A stretch of DNA of 64,000 bases, taken from the NCBI GenBank assembly GCA_965243135.1, contig OZ251539.1, positions 5,024,001 to 5,088,000 of the forward strand, written 5' to 3'. The translations under genes were made by a program, and so were the position numbers. Each line of letters starts with the position of its first letter. Position 1 is the first letter of the stretch. This document shows, in pieces, positions 56,379 to 64,000 of this stretch. The notes beneath the pieces were generated by a model. It had not been told where the DNA came from, searched no databases, and saw only the letters and a list, made by a program, of their open reading frames with translations. This DNA comes from Alphaproteobacteria bacterium (GTDB lineage: Bacteria > Pseudomonadota > Alphaproteobacteria > MPNO01 > UBA830).

Positions 56379-57743
56379 TCAGCGGGGCGCGGCCGCCGCC
56401 CCCGCGACCATGCCGTCGATCCTTTCGCGCTCCCTCTGGAAGCGAGCGAGCTCGTCGCCCGCCAGCACCTTCCCGGAGGGCATCTTTACCGACAACGGGT
56501 TGATTTGCCTGCCGTTCCTGTGAATTTCGTAGTGAAGATGGGGCCCGGTCGACAGTCCGCTGCTGCCGACGAAACCGATCACCTGCCCCTGGCGAACCCG
56601 GCTGCTTTTCGTGACGCCGCGCTTGAAGCTGCTCAGGTGAGCGTAGGCCGTCGAGTACCGCGAGTTGTGCCGGACGAGGATGTATCTGCCGTACCCGCCC
56701 TTGTTTCCGCGATAGACCACCACGCCGTCGCCGGCGGCCATGATCGGCGTTCCCGCAGGCGCCGCGAAGTCGACGCCGCGATGCAGTCTGGTGAATCCGA
56801 GAATCGGATGCTTCCGCTTTCCGAAGGCGGAGCTCAGGCGGGCGCCGTCGACCGGCGTGCGCAACAGGGCGCGGCGCGCGCTCCGCCCGGAGGCGTCGAA
56901 GTAGTCGGCGCCCGACGGCGTCTCGAAGCGATAGAGTGGTTTTTCGTCGCCCGACAACGTCAACCGCGCGAAGACGATATCGCCGTGCCGCAGCGCCTCG
57001 CCGTCGGCGCCGAGGAATTTTTCGTAAGCCAGATGAAAACGGTCTCCCGGCTGGATCTCGCGCTGGAAGTCCACCTCCCAGCTGTACAGGCGGATCAGCT
57101 CGGCGACGACCGGCGCCGGCACGCCGCCGCGGGCGGCCGCCTCGTACAGGCTCGACCGGATTTCCCCCTTCGCGGACGCCATCCGGGCCACGACAGGCTT
57201 CTCCTTGCGGAACGCCCGGTAGCGTCCGTCCTGCCCGCGCCGCACTCCGACGTTCCGAAGGCCGAGGTCGAGATCCATCGCCTCCAGGTCGTTTTCCTTC
57301 GACAACGTCACGTCGATGCGCTGCCCGATCTGGAGGTTTCGCGGATCGAAGACCTTCTTCAACGCGGCGGCGGCGTCGTGCGCCTGTCGGCGCGATACGT
57401 TGGCGGTCGCCAGGACGGCGGCGAGAGTGTTGCCCTTGCGCACGGTGAAAGTGCGCCGTTCCGGATCGACGCCCTTCGCGGCCGCTGTCTCGTCCGTCCG
57501 AACGGGCGGATGCTCTCCCGCCAAGGGCGGGCGCGGTTCGGGAAGCGCCGCGACCTCTTCTCGTTCTTGCGCCTGTTCGGCGTTGCGTCCGGCCTTGCCG
57601 AACTCTCCCGCCATATACGCCGCCAACAGCAGGAGCGCGCCGAGCGCGGCGCAAAGCGCGAACCTTGCGTCGAGCGCGCGCCGGAACCGGCCCGGTCCAG
57701 CCAGCCCCTTCGAAGAGAAACGCGGAACGATGCGAGCTGACAC
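56379..57743 (-). CDS. M23-family peptidoglycan DD-endopeptidase (MepM-like)
   Basis: N-terminal TM segment; HRGVDFAA, YAHL and STGPHLHYE motifs. Confidence 0.9.
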   Translation of the reverse strand: MSARIVPRFSSKGLAGPGRFRRALDARFALCAALGALLLLAAYMAGEFGKAGRNAEQAQEREEVAALPEPRPPLAGEHPPVRTDETAAAKGVDPERRTFTVRKGNTLAAVLATANVSRRQAHDAAAALKKVFDPRNLQIGQRIDVTLSKENDLEAMDLDLGLRNVGVRRGQDGRYRAFRKEKPVVARMASAKGEIRSSLYEAAARGGVPAPVVAELIRLYSWEVDFQREIQPGDRFHLAYEKFLGADGEALRHGDIVFARLTLSGDEKPLYRFETPSGADYFDASGRSARRALLRTPVDGARLSSAFGKRKHPILGFTRLHRGVDFAAPAGTPIMAAGDGVVVYRGNKGGYGRYILVRHNSRYSTAYAHLSSFKRGVTKSSRVRQGQVIGFVGSSGLSTGPHLHYEIHRNGRQINPLSVKMPSGKVLAGDELARFQRERERIDGMVAGAAAAPR

Positions 57744-57884
57744 CCTCGCCCTCCGATACGAGTATGAGCGTTCTTATCAGGCGCCGGCGGAAATGTCCAT
57801 GCCTTTTCCGGTTCGAGGTCCTTTGCGCCGCGCCGCGGCAATTCCCGTCGAAACGTCAGGACGGAACGTCGAACCCGCCCGGCA

Positions 57885-59426
57885 TCAGGCGGTTTCGAAC
57901 TCGAACCCGACGATGTTGCGCTCCTCCCGGCCGAACTCCATGCCGATCAACCGGATCGGCACCCCGAGATGCCGGTACTTGTCCGCGTAGCCGCGCTGCC
58001 GCATTTGCGCCAGCGCCCGGCCCTCCTGCCCCGGACCCACGACCTTGAACTCGTACAGATGCACGCATCCCGGACTCAGCACAGCCATGTCCAGGCGTCC
58101 GCGGGCGGTCGCTTCCTCGACCCGAACGTCCAGCCCCGCCGCCGCGAAGTGCGAGTAGACGAGGGCCGCCCAATAGCCCTCGTAGAGGTCGTTCTTCCGG
58201 TGCCAGTCGTGAGGAACGCTCGCGAAGAACGCCTCGAACAGCGTCCTCACCTTCTCCGGATCGTCCTCCGCCGTCAGCCTGGCAAGCTCCGCCTGCCGCA
58301 TCGCCTCCCCTCCCGTTGCCGGAGACATCGCGCGCAGCAGCCGCCCGTTCAGGCTGCACTTCACCTCGTAGTTCGGATAGTCCAGCCGGTACAGGCTCCG
58401 GACGCCGACGGCTTCTTCCCCGACGATGGTCAGATAGCCGGTCTGGAACAAAAGCGCTTCGATCGAGATGTCGTCGACGTCGAAGGCCGACAGCAACGAA
58501 TCGTCCGCGACCATGCTCTCCAGGGCCGGAGGCGCGACCCGCCGCCGCGACAGAAGATCGACGAGAAAGCGCGGCGTCCCGGTCTCGAACCAGTGCGCCT
58601 TGAATTCGCGCGTTTCGAAAAGAAGCAGGATGTCGAACGGGTTGTAGACCTTCTCCGCGCCGCGCCAGTTGTAGCCGTTGTACCAGCGGCGGATTTCGTT
58701 TCGGTCCAGGCCCTCGAGTTCCGGGGCGAAGACCGCGTCCAGCTCTTCGTCCGTGTAGCCGCAAAGGGCGCCGAAACGCGGATCGAGGGTGATGTCGGTC
58801 AGGTTGTTCAGGCCCGAGAACAGGCCCGCTTTCGAGAACTTGCTCACCCCCGTCAGGAAAACGAAACGGAGATGCTCGTCGCAGTCCTTGATCGCCCCGT
58901 ACAGGTCGCTCAGAAAATCGCGATTGGCTAGCGCTCGTTCCTGGTCTCCGAGCGCGTCCAGGATCGGCTTGTCGTATTCGTCCACCAGAACGACCGCCTG
59001 CTGTCCGGTGCGCTCGTGCAGGGCCTCGATCAATTCTCCGAAACGGTTCGACGCCTCGACAGGGCAAGGTTCGAGGCCGGCGCGCCTCTCTGCGGCCGCC
59101 AACTGCCTTTCCACGGTTACCCGAACCCCGTCCGGCGTACGGAAACTGCCCCTGCCGAAGCCGAGCCGCACGACCGGATGGCGCGCCGACCAGTCCCACC
59201 CGTCGTGTATGGCGAGGCCCCGGAACAGCTCCTCGCTTCCCTCGAACAGCTTCTGCAGCGTGTTCACCAGGAGGCTCTTGCCGAACCGGCGCGGGCGCGA
59301 CAGGAAGTTGTATTTGCCCCTCTCGACGAGGCGGCGCACATGCTCCGTCTTGTCGACGTAGTAGCAGTCCATCTCCCGGATCTCCCGGAGGGAGGTCATG
59401 CCGGTCGGAAGCATGCGTTTTACCAT
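57885..59426 (-). CDS. AAA-ATPase-like (PF09820) + PD-(D/E)XK nuclease (PDDEXK_9) protein
   Basis: YYVDKT, RPRRFGKSL, LVDEYDKP, VYNPF, LFQTGYLTI and GRLDM...YEFK motifs. Confidence 0.9.
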   Translation of the reverse strand: MVKRMLPTGMTSLREIREMDCYYVDKTEHVRRLVERGKYNFLSRPRRFGKSLLVNTLQKLFEGSEELFRGLAIHDGWDWSARHPVVRLGFGRGSFRTPDGVRVTVERQLAAAERRAGLEPCPVEASNRFGELIEALHERTGQQAVVLVDEYDKPILDALGDQERALANRDFLSDLYGAIKDCDEHLRFVFLTGVSKFSKAGLFSGLNNLTDITLDPRFGALCGYTDEELDAVFAPELEGLDRNEIRRWYNGYNWRGAEKVYNPFDILLLFETREFKAHWFETGTPRFLVDLLSRRRVAPPALESMVADDSLLSAFDVDDISIEALLFQTGYLTIVGEEAVGVRSLYRLDYPNYEVKCSLNGRLLRAMSPATGGEAMRQAELARLTAEDDPEKVRTLFEAFFASVPHDWHRKNDLYEGYWAALVYSHFAAAGLDVRVEEATARGRLDMAVLSPGCVHLYEFKVVGPGQEGRALAQMRQRGYADKYRHLGVPIRLIGMEFGREERNIVGFEFETA

Positions 59427-59739
59427 CCGAAGAGAGTAGGCCGCCGTGCCGGAGCCGTCAACGAGCGGCTCCAAGCCGGGCAATCAGGCGACCCGGGCAA
59501 AGACCGTTCCGCCGCCGCCCCGTTGTGGATTTCGGCGGCGGAGCGACGGGAAGGCGCCCGTCGAAAGGCGGCGTCCGGGCGGGCGGCCCGGGTTTCGAAA
59601 CCGGCCGCCTCGGCGCGGCGAATTCGCAGTTTTCCGAAACCGAAGCGGGGTAACGTTGTCTCCCCCTTGAAACTTGTCCGCAGGGGGCGCGGACAGCGCA
59701 GGCGGCCCGGTTCGCCGACCGGGCGAGCCGGCGGGAAGC

Positions 59740-60162
59740 CTAACCGACGATGTCGATCTCGCTGAAGAAGAAAGCGATTTCCCGCTGCGCAGTTTCCGGC
59801 CCGTCCGATCCGTGCACCGAGTTGGCCTCGACGGACTGGCCGAAGTCGCTGCGGATCGTTCCCTTTCCGGCATTCGCGGGATTGGTCGCCCCCATCACCT
59901 CGCGGTTTTTCGAGATCGCGTCATCGCCTTCCAGCACCTGAACGACGACGGGGCCGGACGTCATGAACTCGCACAGGTCGTCGAAGAACGCCCGATCCCT
60001 GTGCACGTGATAAAGTTTTTTCGCAAGGTCGGGGGTCAGCTGAATGCGGCGCTGGGCGACGACGCGAAGGCCAGCGTCTTCGAGCCGCGCGACGATCGCG
60101 CCGGTCAGGTTGCGCTGCGTCGCGTCGGGCTTGATGATGGAAAGCGTTCGTTCGACCGCCAT
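59740..60162 (-). CDS. ndk: Nucleoside diphosphate kinase
   Basis: [23 protein letters not shown] and NSVHGSD motifs. Confidence 0.96.
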   Translation of the reverse strand: MAVERTLSIIKPDATQRNLTGAIVARLEDAGLRVVAQRRIQLTPDLAKKLYHVHRDRAFFDDLCEFMTSGPVVVQVLEGDDAISKNREVMGATNPANAGKGTIRSDFGQSVEANSVHGSDGPETAQREIAFFFSEIDIVG

Positions 60163-60253
60163 GAGTGACAGGCTCCTTTTGCGGAAATCGGCGCGCCTTA
60201 TAGACGCTCGCGGCCGACGGGGCAACTTGACGCGCGGCGGCCCGACGGGCGGC

Positions 60254-60703
60254 CTACGCCTTTTTCTCCCAGCCGCCGCCCGGAGTCTGCCGCCAATAGA
60301 CCGGCGCGTGCCCCTCCGACTTGCACCGCTTCCAGCGTTCGCGCGCGGCCGCCAAGGCGGCCGCGTCGCGGCCGTCGAACATGTCGAGGCAGCGTTCGAA
60401 CTCCGCCATGTCCGGCGCCGCGGCGCCGTCCGTCAGCACGAGAATGCCGGCACCGTTGGGATTGTCGCGATCCGGCGTGATCCATATGGGCTGCCGGTCG
60501 CCGCGGCCGTCGCGCGCCGTGCCGTGCGGAAGGAACGAGCCGGGATCGTACGTCCAGAGGACGCCGCCGAGGAACTCGGCCCGTTCCTCCGAGCCCGCGC
60601 GGACCACCGCCCGCGCGCCGCTGCGGTGGACTTTCTCCATCAACCGCGGCAGCGCCCGCTCGAGCGGCGTGTGGAGCAAATGATAGAAACTGACGTCGAC
60701 CAC
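60254..60703 (-). CDS. holC: DNA polymerase III chi subunit
   Basis: VSFYHL...[13 protein letters not shown]...ARERWK; downstream of pepA. Confidence 0.9.
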   Translation of the reverse strand: MVDVSFYHLLHTPLERALPRLMEKVHRSGARAVVRAGSEERAEFLGGVLWTYDPGSFLPHGTARDGRGDRQPIWITPDRDNPNGAGILVLTDGAAAPDMAEFERCLDMFDGRDAAALAAARERWKRCKSEGHAPVYWRQTPGGGWEKKA

Positions 60704-60705
60704 GC

Positions 60706-62199
60706 TCAGCCTTCGTAGTGCTCCGCCACCAGACGGTCGAGGAGCCGCACGCCGAACCCCGTGCCTCCCTTCGGCACGGTCGGAGCGTCCTTGCTCGACC
60801 ACGTCACGCCGGCTATGTCGAGATGCGCCCATTTGACGCCGTCCCTGACGAAGCGCTTCAGGAACTGCGCCGCGGTGATCGACCCGGCCCAGCGGCCGCC
60901 GACGTTCTTCATGTCGGCGATATCGGATTTGAGCAGCTTGTCGTAAGCGTCGCCGAGCGGCAGGCGCCACACGGGCTCTCCGACCGCCTGACCCGCGGCG
61001 AGGAGCCTGTCCGCGACTTCGTCGTCGTTGGCGAACAGGCCGGCGTTCTCGTGTCCGAGCGACACGATCACGGCGCCCGTCAGCGTCGCCAGATCGATCA
61101 TGGTGTGCGGCTTGAACTTGTCCTGGCAGTACCACATGGCGTCGGCCAGAACGAGCCTGCCCTCCGCGTCCGTGTTGATCACCTCGACCGTTTGTCCCGA
61201 CATCGTGCGCACGACGTCGCCCGGCCGCTGCGCCGTGCCGGACGGCATGTTCTCGACCAGGCCCGCGATCCCGACCGCGTTGACCTTCGCCCTGCGGCCG
61301 GCGAGCGCCTTCATCAGCCCGAGGACGACGCCGGCGCCGCCCATGTCCCATTTCATGTCTTCCATGTTGCTCGCCGGCTTGATCGAAATCCCGCCGGTAT
61401 CGAACGTGACGCCCTTGCCCACGAAAGCGATCGGACTTCGGTCCCGCGCCGCGCCGTTCCAGCGCGCGACGACGAGCCGCGGGCTTCGAGCCGACCCTTG
61501 GGCGACGCCGAGCAGCGCGCCCATCCCGAGCGCCGCCATCCGCTTTTCGTCGAGCACCTGCAGCCGAACGCCGAGCTCGCGAAGCGCCTCCGCCCGCTTC
61601 GCCAGCGTTTCCGGATAGATCACGTTCGCCGGTTCGGACACCAGATCGCGCGTGAAAAAAACCGCGTCCGCGACCCTGTCCAGCGCGGCGAACGCCTTCT
61701 CCGCGTCCGCTTCGTCCCGCGACGACACGACGAGGCTTTCGAGCGCGGGCAGGGACTCGGCCTTTTCCGCGGTCCTGTACCTGTCGAAGCGATAGGAAGC
61801 CAGACGCGCGCCGTACGCCGCGTTCGCCGCGATGTCCGAAGCCCGGAGGCCCGAACCCTTGACCGAATCGGCGGCGACCAGAGCGGATTTGTCGCGGCCT
61901 TCGCAAATCGCCTTGTACGCAAGTCCGCCGTACGCCTGCGCGGCGAGAGCGTCGAAGGAATCCTCGTCTCCCACCCCGACGATCGCGACGCGGCTCGCGC
62001 CGATTCCGGCCGGCGCCGGAATGGCGAGGGACTGGCCGCGCTTGCCCTCGAAGCGACTCGTCTCGATCGCCCGCGAGAGGGCGCCGTCCATCGCCTTGTC
62101 CACGCGGCGCGCCGTCGCCAGCAAGGTCCGATCCGCCGACGCGGCGGCGACGAGGGTTCCCGCGCGGGGAAGAGCGGGAGAGGAAAAAGCGATCTTCAT
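60706..62199 (-). CDS. pepA: Leucyl aminopeptidase
   Basis: VGKGVTFDTGG, MKWDMGG, NTDAEGRL and HLDIAG motifs. Confidence 0.95.
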   Translation of the reverse strand: MKIAFSSPALPRAGTLVAAASADRTLLATARRVDKAMDGALSRAIETSRFEGKRGQSLAIPAPAGIGASRVAIVGVGDEDSFDALAAQAYGGLAYKAICEGRDKSALVAADSVKGSGLRASDIAANAAYGARLASYRFDRYRTAEKAESLPALESLVVSSRDEADAEKAFAALDRVADAVFFTRDLVSEPANVIYPETLAKRAEALRELGVRLQVLDEKRMAALGMGALLGVAQGSARSPRLVVARWNGAARDRSPIAFVGKGVTFDTGGISIKPASNMEDMKWDMGGAGVVLGLMKALAGRRAKVNAVGIAGLVENMPSGTAQRPGDVVRTMSGQTVEVINTDAEGRLVLADAMWYCQDKFKPHTMIDLATLTGAVIVSLGHENAGLFANDDEVADRLLAAGQAVGEPVWRLPLGDAYDKLLKSDIADMKNVGGRWAGSITAAQFLKRFVRDGVKWAHLDIAGVTWSSKDAPTVPKGGTGFGVRLLDRLVAEHYEG

Positions 62200-62428
62200 T
62201 CAACGACTCCACCGGATGGGTTCTGCCGACCTCGCGTCGGAAGATACACGGCGAAGCCCGGGCTTCGCAATCCCTCGCCTGCCTTCCGGCGCCGCGACGG
62301 GGGCCTCCGTCCGGGCGGAGCGCGGCCCGCGAACGCGCTCCCGGCGCCGCGCGCCTTCCCGGCGAAAACGACGCACGATCGATCGATCCGCTTGTGACAG
62401 CTAAGCTGCAAGCGACTATATTGCAGCC

Positions 62429-63526
62429 ATGGGCACTCTCCAAACCTACATGCTGCGGCAGTTAATTTGGGCGACGCTATTGGTTGCGGCGGTGCTGACG
62501 TGCGTCGTCTGGCTCAGCCAGTCGCTGCGCTTCGTCGACCTGATGGTCAATCGCGGCCTGTCGATCACCGCCTTCGTCGGCTTCACGCTGCTTCTTCTTC
62601 CGACCTTTCTCTCTCTGATCGGTCCGATCGCGTTGTTCGTCGCGACCCTGTTCACCTACAACAGGATGACGACCGACAGCGAGATCGTCATCATGCGCGC
62701 AAGCGGCCTGGGGCCGCTGTTCATCGCGAGGCCGGTCGTCGTGCTGGCGCTGGCGCTGACGATCCTCGGCTACGTCAACACCCTGTACCTGATGCCGTCG
62801 GCCTTCCGGTCCTTCAAGGATCTGCAGCACAGGTTCCGTTCGGAACTCTCGCATCTGTTCCTGCAGCAGGGCGCGTTCAACTCGGCGCTCGGCGGGGTCA
62901 CGATATTCGTGCGGGAACGCGACGACCGGGATCAGCTGTACGGCATTCTGGTGCACGACGAGCGCGAACCGGACAAGGCCGCCACCATGACCGCCCAGCG
63001 AGGCGCGATCGTGGCGGATCCGCCCCGCCTCGTGCTGGTCAACGGCAGCCGCCAGGAAATAGGCGGCAAGAGCGGTCGTCTGTCCGTATTCTATTTCGAC
63101 AAATACACCTTCGATCTCGGCCTGCTCGAAGGCGTGAAGGAGCGGCTCTGGCGCGAGCCGCGCGAACGCTACCTGAACGAACTGCTGTACCCGCCCGACC
63201 AGGCGAACGGCGTTCACCAATACCGGAAACTGCGAATGGAGGGCCTCTTCAGGCTGAGTTCGCCCCTTCTCTACCTTTGCTTCGGCCTTGCGGCGCTCGG
63301 ATTCCTGCTGAGCGGCGACTTTCGCCGACGCGGCCAGTTGTACAGGGTTCTTTCCGCCGTCGCCGTGGTCGCGGCCGTCGAGATCGCCGTCATGGGCGTC
63401 AAGAACCTGGGCGAGAGAATTCCGCAGATGGAAGCGCTGATCTACGTCGTCCCGATCGCCGTCACCGTCTTCTTCGCGGTCATGCTGACGGCGACGCGGC
63501 GGCGTCTCGCGGACGCGTCGCCATGA
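62429..63526 (+). CDS. lptF: LPS export ABC transporter permease LptF
   Basis: WLSQSLR, DSEIVIMRASG and a 3+3 TM layout; divergent from pepA. Confidence 0.9.
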   Translation: MGTLQTYMLRQLIWATLLVAAVLTCVVWLSQSLRFVDLMVNRGLSITAFVGFTLLLLPTFLSLIGPIALFVATLFTYNRMTTDSEIVIMRASGLGPLFIARPVVVLALALTILGYVNTLYLMPSAFRSFKDLQHRFRSELSHLFLQQGAFNSALGGVTIFVRERDDRDQLYGILVHDEREPDKAATMTAQRGAIVADPPRLVLVNGSRQEIGGKSGRLSVFYFDKYTFDLGLLEGVKERLWREPRERYLNELLYPPDQANGVHQYRKLRMEGLFRLSSPLLYLCFGLAALGFLLSGDFRRRGQLYRVLSAVAVVAAVEIAVMGVKNLGERIPQMEALIYVVPIAVTVFFAVMLTATRRRLADASP

Positions 63527-64000
63527 CGCCGTCCAGGACGCTGTCCTTCTATATCGGTCGCCGGTACCTCTTCTGGCTAACCAGCGTCTCGGCCGCGCTG
63601 ATCGCGATAATCATGCTGGCGGACGTCCTCGAACTGCTCCGGCGCGCCTCCGGACGCGACGACTACGAAGGAATATCGATCGTCATACGGATGACGTTGC
63701 TGAAGCTGCCGGCAATGTTCGAAAAGATCCTTCCGATCGCTGCGCTGCTCGGCGCCGTCTTCGCGTTCTGGAGCCTGAACCGCCACCACGAGTTCGTCGT
63801 CATCCGCGCGGCGGGCGTTTCGATCTGGCAGTTTCTGGCCCCGGCGATCCTGCTCGCGATCGCCGTCGGGGTGCTCAAGGTCGCCGTGTTCAATCCGTTC
63901 TCGTCGGCGATGCTTCTTCAGTACGAGATCCTCGAAGCCAAGCACCTTCGCGGCAAGGACAGCCTCGCCGCCGTCGCCAATCGCGGGCTATGGTTCAGGC
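63523..64000 (+). CDS. lptG: LPS export ABC transporter permease LptG (partial, runs off the right edge)
   Basis: ATGA overlap with lptF; MTPSRTLSFYIGRRY...HEFVVIRAAGVSIWQFLAP...GLWFR. Confidence 0.88.
   Translation, partial: MTPSRTLSFYIGRRYLFWLTSVSAALIAIIMLADVLELLRRASGRDDYEGISIVIRMTLLKLPAMFEKILPIAALLGAVFAFWSLNRHHEFVVIRAAGVSIWQFLAPAILLAIAVGVLKVAVFNPFSSAMLLQYEILEAKHLRGKDSLAAVANRGLWFR

Noticed and set aside
59740-60162. ndk as part of the PurZ-like pathway
   Set aside because: It is over 30 kb away in a conserved housekeeping context.
60254-62443. 729-aa ORF ending in HolC
   Set aside because: The upstream part is a shadow frame of pepA; the real holC starts at GTG 60703.
1-64000. tRNA/rRNA genes, island att repeats and Rho-independent terminators
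   Set aside because: None could be identified with confidence by eye; the GC-rich intergenic hairpins lack clear U-tracts.

Overview
GC-rich bacterial chromosome segment, most likely an alphaproteobacterium (Rhodospirillales-like lptFG-pepA-holC-ndk block, glnE, clpB). This taxonomy is an inference from protein style. Housekeeping and catabolic genes are interleaved with AT-richer accessory blocks and many eroded relics (IS30, IS5-like, DUF4338, three toxin genes). The top candidate for an undescribed system is a coupled three-gene minus-strand operon at 24637-28636. It encodes (i) an exonuclease + DUF429 nuclease + P-loop nucleotide kinase fusion, (ii) a short adenylosuccinate synthetase homologue with PurZ/PurZ0 (2-aminoadenine pathway) signature residues and (iii) a catalytically degenerate dCTP deaminase/dUTPase-fold protein with a transmembrane helix and coiled coil. 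The layout suggests a modified-purine-nucleotide signalling defence system, which is an inference. A second accessory island at 35134-43037 is a five-gene NxD-type McrBC locus with membrane-anchored coiled coils, a DUF559 nuclease and a divergent Hsp70/actin-fold protein. The window also holds a complete IS (939-2586, 18-bp IRs, 9-bp TSD) splitting an AlbA_2 gene. An ORF-less group II intron (34249-35038) has a perfect EBS1/IBS1 match. A type I HsdM has its NPPF motif changed to APPF. All family assignments come from motif recognition by eye; no searches were run.
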